A stretch of DNA of 64,000 nt from Nitrosopumilus sp. (GTDB taxonomy: Archaea; Thermoproteota; Nitrososphaeria; Nitrososphaerales; Nitrosopumilaceae): contig OZ242186.1 of assembly GCA_965205675.1 (NCBI GenBank), positions 544,001 to 608,000 on the forward strand. The letters are read 5' to 3'. Positions 31,105 to 40,931 of the stretch are shown here, in pieces; within the stretch, counting starts at the first letter, position 1; each line of letters opens with the position of its first letter. The position numbers and the translations under genes were made by a program. The notes beneath the pieces are model-generated. The model did no database searches. It was not told the origin of the DNA and worked only from the letters and a program-made list of their open reading frames with translations.

Positions 31105-31259
31105 GATTCACCGACACGCAACACCTCAAAAGTCAGCTAAAATCACTTCTCTCTTTTACTGGAGTGGCTAGGCAACAGTTTGATGTGATTCCATAATCTC
31201 AGAAATTATTTGAAATTAAATTCAATGAAAGATAAGATTTTGTCTGTAATTACGCAAGA
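31105..31259 (+). repeat. ~155 bp dispersed repeat, copy 2
   Basis: Inverted homolog of 28514-28670; translates to SFTGVARQQFDVI. Confidence 0.7.
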
Positions 31260-31385
31260 GGCCTAATCTAGGTGATTATCAACTATTTATCCTCAACATA
31301 TAATCAAGCAATAATGAGAAAGTATCTTCCATCTCTGTTGTTGTATCTCCATTCCATCTCTTTGATGTACAACAAGAATTAGGCA
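31260..31385 (-). mobile_element. IS1595-family right-end remnant
   Basis: FLLYIKEMEWRYNNRD (IS1595 C-terminal E..R.N.R motif) followed by a GGCC-terminated end. Confidence 0.7.
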
Positions 31386-31389
31386 CAAA

Positions 31390-32059
31390 CTATCACAATT
31401 CTATAAAATGAAAATTACTGAAACCACATATTAAATTTCTATTTTAGTGGGTTCTCCCATACGAAATTGTCTCTTATCCTACTGTGGACTCTTCTTAGTG
31501 TGCTTTGCTGAATCAGGACATCTGTGATTTGTCTTGCATTCTCTTATACTTTCTCTGCGTTAGTTCATGATTTTGTGTACGATACTTTTCAGAGTTTATT
31601 GGCATGAATCAAATTATTTCAAGCATTTGTCTTGCAGCTGCTACCTCTGCTTTTTGTTTTCCTCTTCTTTTTGCAATTCTGCTGTAAAATGATCCATTCT
31701 TGGATCAAATTGTATCGTAGTATTTGCAGCCTCTATCATTGCATTACGCAACCATGTAGAACCTCTTTTTGTTATACTTCCTCCTCTATGTATATCTGCA
31801 CTATCTCTATGTGATGGTGTGCACGTCCTGCATATGAGACTAATTTTTCTGCAGTTGATTCACATACTGCTTGCATGTCTTTACCATATGTCTTTTTGAT
31901 GTGTCTGATAAAACCCACTATTCCACTTGTTGTATTATCAAAACTTGACTGTTCTAGTTTCTTTCTGGATTCATTTTTTATTGTTGCAACACATTTTATT
32001 TTGTAAACGTCTAGCTCATTTACACAAACATGACTAGATGCTGTCATTTTATAATTCAA
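31390..32059 (-). mobile_element. IS110-family remnant (copy D) with internal deletion, directly downstream of tRNA-Val
   Basis: LDVYK..C.ATI..AVCESTA fused to EKLVSYAG, then ITKRGSTWLRNAMIEAA..KAEVAAARQMLEII; CDS remnant 31513-32059 plus non-coding tail. Confidence 0.82.
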
Positions 32060-32065
32060 ATGAAA

Positions 32066-32163
32066 TGGTGGACCGAATGGGATTTGAACCCACGACCTTT
32101 GCGGGATGTTAACTCCTTACGCAGTGTGAGTGCGTCATCCAAACCAAACTAGACGACCGGTCC
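32066..32163 (-). tRNA. tRNA-Val(CAC) with 20-nt non-canonical intron at position 44/45, encoded CCA
   Basis: GGACCGG/TCGGTCC acceptor, ACGCA-CTCACAC-TGCGT anticodon arm, GGTTCAAATCC; removing AGGAGTTAACATCCCGCAAA restores a 5-nt variable loop AGGTC. Confidence 0.92.
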
Positions 32164-32257
32164 AACTCCTTTAATGAAAAAGGAGTTTTTTTGTCTTTGC
32201 TATATGGATATGTCACAATTACCTTGATCTTTATTACTAATTTTCAAAATAATCTTC

Positions 32258-32506
32258 ATGGCTTTACAAGAATTTGATGCATTAATTGACAGAATGAGGT
32301 TGGCATTTGAATATGCTTATAATTTAGGTCAATATGTGGAGGCTGCCCGAGTTTTATTTCAGATGAATGCCCAACTACCTGAAAACTTACAATTATCTTT
32401 TGAAGAATTGGAAAGTCCAGAAGCTGCAAAATCTTTTGTCAAAGAATACAATGCTGAATTAAAGTCTATAATTGTAAGTTATCGGCAAAGATTAATGATT
32501 TCTTGA
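32258..32506 (+). CDS. Hypothetical protein
   Basis: 82 aa helical ORF. Confidence 0.7.
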   Translation: MALQEFDALIDRMRLAFEYAYNLGQYVEAARVLFQMNAQLPENLQLSFEELESPEAAKSFVKEYNAELKSIIVSYRQRLMIS

Positions 32507-32508
32507 TT

Positions 32509-32676
32509 CTATTTCTTAACGCCAAGATTCCTATTCTTTAATCTCAAGTATGGGTTTCTACATTTTCTACATCTTGTAGCGCCAATATCATTTCTACATC
32601 CACATTTGAAGCAAATTTTCATTACAAGACGTGCTTGTTGTGCAATTCGTTTCTTTTCTGGGTCTGTTATGGGCAT
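32509..32676 (-). CDS. rpl40e: 50S ribosomal protein L40e (absent from ORF track)
   Basis: MPITDPEKKRIAQQARLVMKICFKCGCRNDIGATRCRKCRNPYLRLKNRNLGVKK*. Confidence 0.93.
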   Translation of the reverse strand: MPITDPEKKRIAQQARLVMKICFKCGCRNDIGATRCRKCRNPYLRLKNRNLGVKK

Positions 32677-32707
32677 TTAGTTTTATCTTTTATCTCTCTC
32701 TTTTATT

Positions 32708-33625
32708 CTAATCGGATTTTTCCATTTTTCCTGCTAATAATACTGGTACTTCTGCAGGTCTTTTTGCTACTGGGATGTTTGCTTTGTTAAACATTGATAC
32801 TTTGGATTCTGCTGAACCATATGTTCCCATGACAATTGCTCCTGCATGACCCATTCTTTTTTCTTTAGGTGCTGCCCTTCCTGCAATATATGCCACAGTT
32901 GGTTTTTTAAATCCGCTATCAATAATCCCTTGCGCTAAAATCTCTTCAGAATCTCCTCCGATCTCTCCTACTACTACCAACCCTTCTAAATCTGGAATAT
33001 CTTTTATCATTTCAAATGCATCAATTAATCTCGTACCATTTACTGGGTCTCCTCCAATTCCTATGGTGATTGACTGTCCAAATCCGGAGTTTGTAAGAGC
33101 GTCTGAAATCTCATAAAGTAGCGTTCCACTTTTTGATAACACTGCAATCTTTCCTGCTGTAAATGGCATTGATGGCATAATCCCAATTTTAATTAATTTT
33201 GGAATCATGATTCCTGGAGTATTTGGTCCTATGATCACTGCTCCTTTTTTCTTTGCTAAATCTAATGCTTCCATGGTATCTCTAATTGGAACATGTTCTG
33301 GAATTGCAACTAGTAGTTTGATTCCTGATTCTAATGCATCTTTGGCTGCTGATAAGAAGAATTTTGCTGGAACAAACACTATTGAAATTTTTGCATTTGT
33401 TGCATCTACTGCTTCTTGCATTGTGTTGTAAACTGGAATTGTATCTTCAAATTTTTGACCTCCTTTACCTGGAGTTACTCCTGCAACAACATTAGTTCCA
33501 TATGATATCATTTGTTTTGCATGTAGTGAACCATAAGATCCGGTAATTCCTTGAATAATAACTCCTTTGTTTTCATAATCTGAGTCCTCTGGCCTTCCTT
33601 TTAGTAATTCAAAGATATCTGTCAT
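32708..33625 (-). CDS. sucD: Succinyl-CoA ligase alpha subunit
   Basis: IQGITG, GVTPGKGG, IGPNTPG, GIGGD, RMGHAGA. Confidence 0.95.
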   Translation of the reverse strand: MTDIFELLKGRPEDSDYENKGVIIQGITGSYGSLHAKQMISYGTNVVAGVTPGKGGQKFEDTIPVYNTMQEAVDATNAKISIVFVPAKFFLSAAKDALESGIKLLVAIPEHVPIRDTMEALDLAKKKGAVIIGPNTPGIMIPKLIKIGIMPSMPFTAGKIAVLSKSGTLLYEISDALTNSGFGQSITIGIGGDPVNGTRLIDAFEMIKDIPDLEGLVVVGEIGGDSEEILAQGIIDSGFKKPTVAYIAGRAAPKEKRMGHAGAIVMGTYGSAESKVSMFNKANIPVAKRPAEVPVLLAGKMEKSD

Positions 33626-34728
33626 TTTTTTATCCCCATAACTGCTGCATTAATTGCTTCTTCTACAGAATTAAATATCTTGGTCCTAGATCCTTGAAGC
33701 ATCTCTTTTGCCTTTTCTGATTCTGTACCTTTTAGTCTTGAAAATACTGGTAAATCAATTAAATTATTTTCATATGCTTTAAGAAATGCTTCTGCAACTA
33801 CTGTAGTCTTGACGATTCCTCCATAAAGATTTACTAGAATTCCCTTTATCCTGTCTATCTTGCTAATCAAGGTCAATGCTTCATACACTGATTCTGTTGT
33901 TGCACCTCCCCCTACATCTAGAAAACATGCTGGCTTTCCACCATTATCTGCTAACATATCTAATGTTGACATTACAAGTCCTGCACCATTTCCAACTACT
34001 GCAATATCTCCGTCAAGTTCTACTAGGGAGAATCCGCTTTTTTCAGCTTGTTCTTCTATTGCCGTTTTCTCTTGATATTTCTGCAATTCATCATGTCTGA
34101 AATTACTATTGTCATCTGTTACAAATTTTCCATCAAGTGCCATGATTGAATCATCTTGCATAATAGCTAATGGATTAATTTCTACCAGTTCAGCTTCTTT
34201 TTCAATTGTAAGTTTTGATAATTTTTTTAGCGTATCTACAAATTGATCTGCCGTTTTTCCTTCCAATTTCATCTCTTGTGCAACTTTCCTTGCAAGTTCA
34301 TCTGAAACCTCTCCTAATCCTACTTCTTTGATTATCTGATTTTTGACTGATTCAATTTCAACTCCTCCTTCCGATGATGCAATAATGGTGTAACATCTTT
34401 TTGAGCGATTCAAAAATAATGAAAGATACAATTCTTTTTTAATATCTGCCATTTTTTCTAGCAAAATCGCTCTTGCCTTTTCTCCTTTGATTACCAAATC
34501 CATGACTTGAGGATATTTTATCTCAAATTCATCATCGTTTTGACATTTCTGGATTCCTCCTGCTTTTCCTCTACCTCCTACTGGAACTTGGATTTTAATT
34601 ACAAATGGATATCCTAACTCTTTTGCATGTTTACGTCCATCCTCAATATTCGTAGATGAAATGCTCTCAAGTAAGTTGATTCCATATTCTCGAAATAATT
34701 CCTTGGCCTGAAATTCTAATAATTGCAT
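33622..34728 (-). CDS. sucC: Succinyl-CoA ligase beta subunit
   Basis: LLEFQAK, GGRGKAGG, EINPL, NGAGLVMST.D, FLDVGGG. Confidence 0.95.
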   Translation of the reverse strand: MQLLEFQAKELFREYGINLLESISSTNIEDGRKHAKELGYPFVIKIQVPVGGRGKAGGIQKCQNDDEFEIKYPQVMDLVIKGEKARAILLEKMADIKKELYLSLFLNRSKRCYTIIASSEGGVEIESVKNQIIKEVGLGEVSDELARKVAQEMKLEGKTADQFVDTLKKLSKLTIEKEAELVEINPLAIMQDDSIMALDGKFVTDDNSNFRHDELQKYQEKTAIEEQAEKSGFSLVELDGDIAVVGNGAGLVMSTLDMLADNGGKPACFLDVGGGATTESVYEALTLISKIDRIKGILVNLYGGIVKTTVVAEAFLKAYENNLIDLPVFSRLKGTESEKAKEMLQGSRTKIFNSVEEAINAAVMGIKK

Positions 34729-34768
34729 GCAAGAATCATGAACTTTACGGTCTTTATTAACTATGATA

Positions 34769-35098
34769 CTATTTTAATTGCTCATCTAAAAAATCAATCA
34801 TTTCTAAAAAGCGATCTTTACTTTTTCGTAATAGTCCTTGCGGATATTCTTCAATTGTAAATACAAACTGTTGATGAAAACTTGGAACTATAATTCCTCC
34901 CGATGTGATTATTTGTTCAATGACGTATCCTTTGGTAAGTGTACATACAATTTCTTCATATGATCCTTCTTCTTCTTCTAGAGTCTGACGGTATAGAATG
35001 ATGGGTTTGTTTGTTTTTGCAACAATGTTTGAACCTTTCTCTAGTAGATCTGATAAATGCTGAATTTGCCATGTATCGAGATTAATTTGTTTTACCAT
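34769..35098 (-). CDS. Hypothetical protein
   Basis: 109 aa ORF upstream of sucC. Confidence 0.7.
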   Translation of the reverse strand: MVKQINLDTWQIQHLSDLLEKGSNIVAKTNKPIILYRQTLEEEEGSYEEIVCTLTKGYVIEQIITSGGIIVPSFHQQFVFTIEEYPQGLLRKSKDRFLEMIDFLDEQLK

Positions 35099-35212
35099 AT
35101 TACTGATACGTGATTTTTCTATTTAACCGTAATAAAACAATGCATATTCACAACTTGTCGTCTATAAAATCACTTTAATTTTGAATTTAAAATAAAGAAA
35201 ATAATGTGACAC

Positions 35213-35797
35213 TTAGGCCATGTCTAATGCTCTAGAATGTTTTCTTGTATGTGGTCTTTCTCCTGCATACTTTCTTCTCATATGTCCTGATGGTCTTCCA
35301 TAGATTATCTCCAAGAACCAAGACTCATGTTCGATCTCCTCAGCTAGAATATCTTTTGCAATATCATATGTGGCAGGATCTTTTCCTAATGTCATCTGAC
35401 AAATTTTATTCCAGTTGACTATTGCACCTTGTTCTGCTTTGAGACACTTTTCTAGAATCGCTTTATGATCTGTTGGATTTGTTGGAAGTTGTAAGAATTC
35501 ACAGCCAGAAATTTTGATAAATTCTGTTGCATCATTTGGAAGGGTGCCTCCTAATTGATAGATTCTCTCAAGACATGATTCAAAATGACTAAGATCTTCT
35601 AGTCTTGCATCTTCAATAATTCCCTTCAATCCTTCACCTTCCATGCCTGTACAATGTGCTCTGAGATTGGTAAAGTAATAGTACGCAGTAAATTCGACTG
35701 CTGCATTTTTGATTAGTTCTTTTACCAACTCATCTACATCTAGGCCATTTTGTTTTAGAACGTTAATTCCAACAACATTTGGGGTTGATTCTGACAT
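35213..35797 (-). CDS. dps: DPS-like (DPSL) ferritin-family protein
   Basis: EFTAYYY, EDARLED..HFE..RIYQLGG, AEQGAI, ILAEEIEHE.WF..GHMRR. Confidence 0.9.
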   Translation of the reverse strand: MSESTPNVVGINVLKQNGLDVDELVKELIKNAAVEFTAYYYFTNLRAHCTGMEGEGLKGIIEDARLEDLSHFESCLERIYQLGGTLPNDATEFIKISGCEFLQLPTNPTDHKAILEKCLKAEQGAIVNWNKICQMTLGKDPATYDIAKDILAEEIEHESWFLEIIYGRPSGHMRRKYAGERPHTRKHSRALDMA

Positions 35798-35849
35798 TTG
35801 ATTATGATGTTTTTAATTGTAATAAAAATATTACATTGATTCTTGAAAA

Positions 35850-38800
35850 TTATTCTACTGATATTTTGATTTTTTGGCCATCAATGTCTACTTCCTTGTA
35901 TTCTTTACAAGTTTCAGTAAAGTTAACTTGTTTAACTCTGACCAAAAATGCCAATTCTTTAGCTTTTTCTTTCATCATTTCAAGTGATTCTTCATCTAAT
36001 TCTAAAATTGATGCAATCTCTAAAACGTCAGTTGGAGTATATCCTCTCTCTTTTCTAAGAGTCTGCATTCTTCTTGCAATATCTCTTACTAGCCCTTTGG
36101 ACATCATCTCTTTATTTCTTGATGTTGAAATTATTACTGTGTAATTGTCTCTTCTAGCTGCAGCGAAATTTTCACTTGCATCAAAATCAATAATAAAATC
36201 TTCATTATCTAATGATATTACCTCTCCATCAATATTAAAATCACATTTTGAATTTCTCTCTAATGATGAAATAATTTCATCTGGGTCTGTTTCATTAAAT
36301 GTTGATACTAGTTTTCCCATGCGTTGTTTTGCTTTTGGCCCTATTCGTTTTCTTTCTAATTCTACTACTCCTTTAACTGGTAATCCTAACTGTTTTAATT
36401 CTGAAATCTGCTCTAACCCTGATTCTTTTTCTGTTTCGATAATGCTAAATTTTTCTACATTGAGTTGTGATTGTAATAATTTTGACAGTGATTCCAGTTT
36501 ACTTTTTTGGCCTTTTCTAACACAAATCTGTGCTTCATTTAATGGCCATCGTCTCTTTAATTTTCCTTTCATTCTTGCTGCAGATGAAATGGACACGATA
36601 TCTTTCATAATATCAAATGATTCTTCAATCTCTTTATTGACTAGAGATTCTTGATATGTAGGCCATTTGTCCAGTAGAATACTTTGTTTTTCTGGGAATA
36701 TTGCTTGGTAAAGATACTCACTGATAAATGGACAAAATGGATGAATCAAAATATCTAGTGTTTTGAGAATTTTACTTAGAATTGCATATATTGATAATCT
36801 TCTGTTTTTCTTTTCTTCATCTTCATTCCATAACTCTCCTCTGGTGATTGGAATGTAGATTTTACTAAGGCTGTTAATTATGAAATCATCGATTGCTTTT
36901 GCACCTTCATGAAATTTACATGATTCATTCTTCTCAGTCAATGTTTGGATTAATTTTTGGAGTTTTGATAATAGCCAAATATCTGAAGATGTTAGTAAAT
37001 TGTTTTGTTTTGCCCATTCTATTGTATGTGTTTTCTCAAAATTATCATACTGACTATTTTGTTGAAAGTATAAGTGGAGATTGAATAATGTGTTAATTAT
37101 TTGGTATGGTCTTGACATCAATTCATCTGTGCTGAAACTGAGTGGTTCAATTGGACTTGCTTTCCACATGAAATAGAATCTAACTGAATCTATTGGATAT
37201 TTTTCAAGCAATTCTGCACCTTCTAAGACATTTCCTTTACTTTTACTCATTTTGCCCCCTTTTTCATCTAATACATGTCCTTGAAACAAAAATGCCTTGT
37301 ATGGTGATGTTGCAGCGTTATTCAAAATTACATTTTCAATTAATAAAGTGTATGCCCACCCTCTGGTCTGATCAATTCCTTCTGTAAAGAACGGTGCGGG
37401 AATTTCATTGGAATATTCTTCATCCGTTAGTGATGAATATGGGGCAGAGCCACTGTTGTGCCAAGTATCTAAAACATACTCTTCTCTTTTTGTGTTGACA
37501 CTATTGCATTTTTTACATTTTATTGTGATATTGTCAATCCACGGTCTGTGTAATTCAAAGTTTGGACCATCAGGTAATCTGTCTGCAGATTCTACAATGT
37601 CTTTTCTTGTAAAGAACCAATTCTTTTCTCCGCAGTCTTCACATTTCCATACTGGTAGGGGGCATCCCCAAATTCTTTCTCTGGAAATACACCACGGATG
37701 TCTTTCTTTGATAATTCCAAGAAACCTGTTTTTTGGCTGTTCAAAAAAGTATTCTACGCTCTCTGCAGCATCTATTGCTTTGTTATCTAATCTGTCTAGT
37801 TTGTAAAACCATCCTCTTCTAGCAAGCCAAACAATTGGATGATGTGATCTCCAGCATAATGGGTACTTGTGTTTAATTTTGCTTATTTTTACTAGAGCCT
37901 TGCGTTCTTTTAGATCCTCTACAATGGGTCTGTCTGCATCTCTGACAAACATTCCTTGGTATTTCCCTGCTTTGCCTGTGAATTTTACTTCGTCATTGAT
38001 GGGGCTGAAAATCTTGACTTTGCGTTTGTTTGCAATTTTGATATCTTCCTCACCATTTGCAGGTGACAAATGAACTAATCCACTACCTGTACTGGCATCC
38101 ACAAATGCTTCTGACACTGCAATGTGATAATTGTCTTCTTTTGAAATCTCTTTTAATTCTGGAATCAAATCTAGTAGTGGGTGGATGTATTTTTTTCCTT
38201 CAAATTTTGAACCTTTTATTGTTTTTGTGATTTGATATTCTTCAATTTTTACATCTGTCATGAATTCTTCCAATCTTGTTTTTCCAATAACCCATGTTTC
38301 ATTTTCAACTTTGACGTATGCATAGTCTTCTTCTGGCTGCAGTCCTACCATTGCATCTGTAACAAGTGTAAATGGCATAGTAGTCCAAACTATCAAAAAT
38401 ACATCTTCATCTACTAGTTTGGCTTTGTAGTATAGTGATGGATCTTTGACTTCTTCATATCCTTGATTTACTTCTGCATGACTGAGTGATGTTTGACAAC
38501 TTGGACAGTATGCAATTACTGTAAAGTCTTCTTCTAAAATTTTACTTTCATATGCTTTTTTGAGTACTTGCCATTCTCTTTCGATAAATTCATCTCTAAA
38601 AGTCCAATATGCTTTTTCATGATTAAATGACATTCCAAGCAAATCATCTACTTTTGTCCATGTTTTGTTAAATTTTTCTACAATTTTTTTACATTCAGCA
38701 ACAATTCTTTCAACTCCAAATTCCTTGATAGCTTCACTTTTTCCTCCGGTTACTCCTAATTCTTTTTCAACTTGTAGTTCCACTGGAAGTCCTTGCGTGT

Positions 38801-39047
38801 CCCATCCTCCATTGAATTCAATTTTTTTCCCCTGCAGTGTATTGAATCTATACCACAAATCTTTGATTACTCTGCCTCTAAGATGCCCTGCATGCGGAAT
38901 TCCATTCATCGTTGGTGGTCCTTCAATGAATCTAATCTTTTCAGGTTTATCTGATGCAAAAATTTGTTTTTCTAAATCTATGGATTTGATGTATTCTTTA
39001 ACTTGAGATTCGATTGCTTTGGCATCAAATTTTGTAGCAAGTTCCAT
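35850..39047 (-). CDS. ileS: Isoleucine--tRNA ligase
   Basis: GPPTMNGIPHAGH, WTTMPFTL, EGIDQTRGW, KMSKS. Confidence 0.97.
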   Translation of the reverse strand: MELATKFDAKAIESQVKEYIKSIDLEKQIFASDKPEKIRFIEGPPTMNGIPHAGHLRGRVIKDLWYRFNTLQGKKIEFNGGWDTQGLPVELQVEKELGVTGGKSEAIKEFGVERIVAECKKIVEKFNKTWTKVDDLLGMSFNHEKAYWTFRDEFIEREWQVLKKAYESKILEEDFTVIAYCPSCQTSLSHAEVNQGYEEVKDPSLYYKAKLVDEDVFLIVWTTMPFTLVTDAMVGLQPEEDYAYVKVENETWVIGKTRLEEFMTDVKIEEYQITKTIKGSKFEGKKYIHPLLDLIPELKEISKEDNYHIAVSEAFVDASTGSGLVHLSPANGEEDIKIANKRKVKIFSPINDEVKFTGKAGKYQGMFVRDADRPIVEDLKERKALVKISKIKHKYPLCWRSHHPIVWLARRGWFYKLDRLDNKAIDAAESVEYFFEQPKNRFLGIIKERHPWCISRERIWGCPLPVWKCEDCGEKNWFFTRKDIVESADRLPDGPNFELHRPWIDNITIKCKKCNSVNTKREEYVLDTWHNSGSAPYSSLTDEEYSNEIPAPFFTEGIDQTRGWAYTLLIENVILNNAATSPYKAFLFQGHVLDEKGGKMSKSKGNVLEGAELLEKYPIDSVRFYFMWKASPIEPLSFSTDELMSRPYQIINTLFNLHLYFQQNSQYDNFEKTHTIEWAKQNNLLTSSDIWLLSKLQKLIQTLTEKNESCKFHEGAKAIDDFIINSLSKIYIPITRGELWNEDEEKKNRRLSIYAILSKILKTLDILIHPFCPFISEYLYQAIFPEKQSILLDKWPTYQESLVNKEIEESFDIMKDIVSISSAARMKGKLKRRWPLNEAQICVRKGQKSKLESLSKLLQSQLNVEKFSIIETEKESGLEQISELKQLGLPVKGVVELERKRIGPKAKQRMGKLVSTFNETDPDEIISSLERNSKCDFNIDGEVISLDNEDFIIDFDASENFAAARRDNYTVIISTSRNKEMMSKGLVRDIARRMQTLRKERGYTPTDVLEIASILELDEESLEMMKEKAKELAFLVRVKQVNFTETCKEYKEVDIDGQKIKISVE

Positions 39048-39133
39048 CTAAATTTTGATATGTTGGTGGCATTATAAAGCTAAATTGATTTGTTGAGACT
39101 TGGATTATATAATTGAAAAAAAGATAACTTTTG

Positions 39134-40351
39134 TTGGTTAATGTCTTAGTGATTGGTTCTAGTTGACACAAATATGCTCTATCTTGGAAGTTATCTCAAA
39201 GTGATAAAGTTGAAACTGTTTTCATTACTCCTGTAAATGGAGGCACTAAAAACAATATTCCGATAAATGTCAATGATTTAGATGGCCTAGCTGATTTTGC
39301 ATAAAAAAATAATTGTTTTACTGTAGTTGGATCTGAAGATCCTTTGGTTGCTGGAATTGTTGATAAATTTAGCAAATTAAATCTCAAAGTTTTTGGACCT
39401 GCTCAAAAGGCTGCTCATCTTAAATCAAGTAAGATTTGGACAAAAGATTTCATGAAACAAAATTCCTACTGCTAGATTCGAAATATTTAATCATGCTCAA
39501 AAAGCTCAAGAGTATTTACAATCCCTCAATTACAATGTAGTTGTAAATGCTGATGGTCTTGCAGCAGGAAAAGATGTAATTGTTTGTAATAGTAATGATG
39601 AGGCAATATCATCCATCCAAACAATTCTGATAAAAAAGATATTTGGTAATGCAGGTAACAGATTCATAATTGAAGATGAGAATTGATGGCGTTGAATCCT
39701 CATACATTGCCCTCTCTGATAGCGATGTTGCTATCCCTATGACATCAAGTCAAGATCACAAGCGAATTTTTGATAATGATGAGGGTCTCAATACCGGTGG
39801 GGTGCGTATTCTCCAATTCCTATCATTGATGATAGTTTAACAAAAATTATCCAACAAGAAATAATTGAGAAAACCATTAATGCAATGAAAAAAGAAGGCA
39901 TTTTGTTTAAGGGATTTTTGTATGCTGACATTATAATTCGAGATGGCAAACCTTTTGTTTTAGAGTATAATGTACGAATGGGGGAGATCCTGAATGTCAC
40001 CCAATCACATTGTGTATGGATTCTGATTTGTATGATTATTTTGTTGTCCGTGTTGAATGCAATTTGTCTGCATCATCTTCTGCATCTTGGAAACCCCAAT
40101 CCGCAGTATGTGTGATATTGGTGTCAAAAGAATACCCTGAATCTTATTCAAAAAATGATGAAATTATTGGATTTGATTCTGTTTTGATGGTGTTATAGTT
40201 TTTCATGCAGGTACAAAAAAATCTGATGAGAGAACTCTTTCAAATGGTGGACGTGTGTTGGGAATAGCTGCATTAGAGTCTGCAGTTACTAGCATATGAA
40301 GCAACTAAAAAAATCACTTGGTCTCAGAAATACCATCAAAATGATATGTAG
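39134..40351 (+). pseudogene. purD: Phosphoribosylamine--glycine ligase, heavily degraded
   Basis: Fragments VNVLVIGSS*HKYALSWKLSQS, VVGSEDPLVAGIVD, ADGLAAGKDV, SQDHKRIFDNDEGLNTG, LEYNVRMG, FHAGT..SNGGRVL with many stops and frameshifts. Confidence 0.93.
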
Positions 40352-40367
40352 GTCAAAAAGATCTTTC

Positions 40368-40931
40368 TTATTTTTGAGTTTGAATTATTTCATCTTCTGT
40401 AACAATCCAATCAATTAGTATATCATGTTCTGATCTTGGAATTTTTTTGATAATTTGTTTTTTTAATGTCAATGAAATCGTTATAGTTTTGTTATTTGCC
40501 AAAAATTTATCATAAAATCCTTGGCCATATCCCAATCTAACTCCGTCTGGAGATATTCCTACTGTTGGTACTAGAATGACATCTAGGTTGTTATCTACAG
40601 GGCAATTCTCTTTTGGTTCCATAATGTCAAAATTACCTCGTTCTAGGCTCGAAAAGTCCTCAATTTTTCTAAATTCTATCTTATCTTTTACTATTTTTGG
40701 TAAAAAAACTTCCTTGCCTTGACTGAGTAATTCCTGAATGATGTCCTGTGTGAGTATTTCATTTCTTATTGGATAGTATGCTCCAATTTTTTGAGCATTT
40801 TTGAATGAAAAAATCTTTTTTAATTTTTTCTGAATTTTCTGACTTGCTATCTTCATCAAATCAAATGATGTGTTGTCTCTTGTTTCTAAAAGACGATTTC
40901 TAAGTGATCTTTTTTCTGGATTATTGTCCAA
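40368..40931 (-). CDS. 5-formyltetrahydrofolate cyclo-ligase
   Basis: LDVILVP, RLGYGQGFYDK, HDILID.IVTE. Confidence 0.93.
   Translation of the reverse strand: MDNNPEKRSLRNRLLETRDNTSFDLMKIASQKIQKKLKKIFSFKNAQKIGAYYPIRNEILTQDIIQELLSQGKEVFLPKIVKDKIEFRKIEDFSSLERGNFDIMEPKENCPVDNNLDVILVPTVGISPDGVRLGYGQGFYDKFLANNKTITISLTLKKQIIKKIPRSEHDILIDWIVTEDEIIQTQK

Noticed and set aside
35779-39006. Multiple plus-strand ORFs
   Set aside because: Antisense shadows of ileS; likewise other short antisense ORFs within long genes
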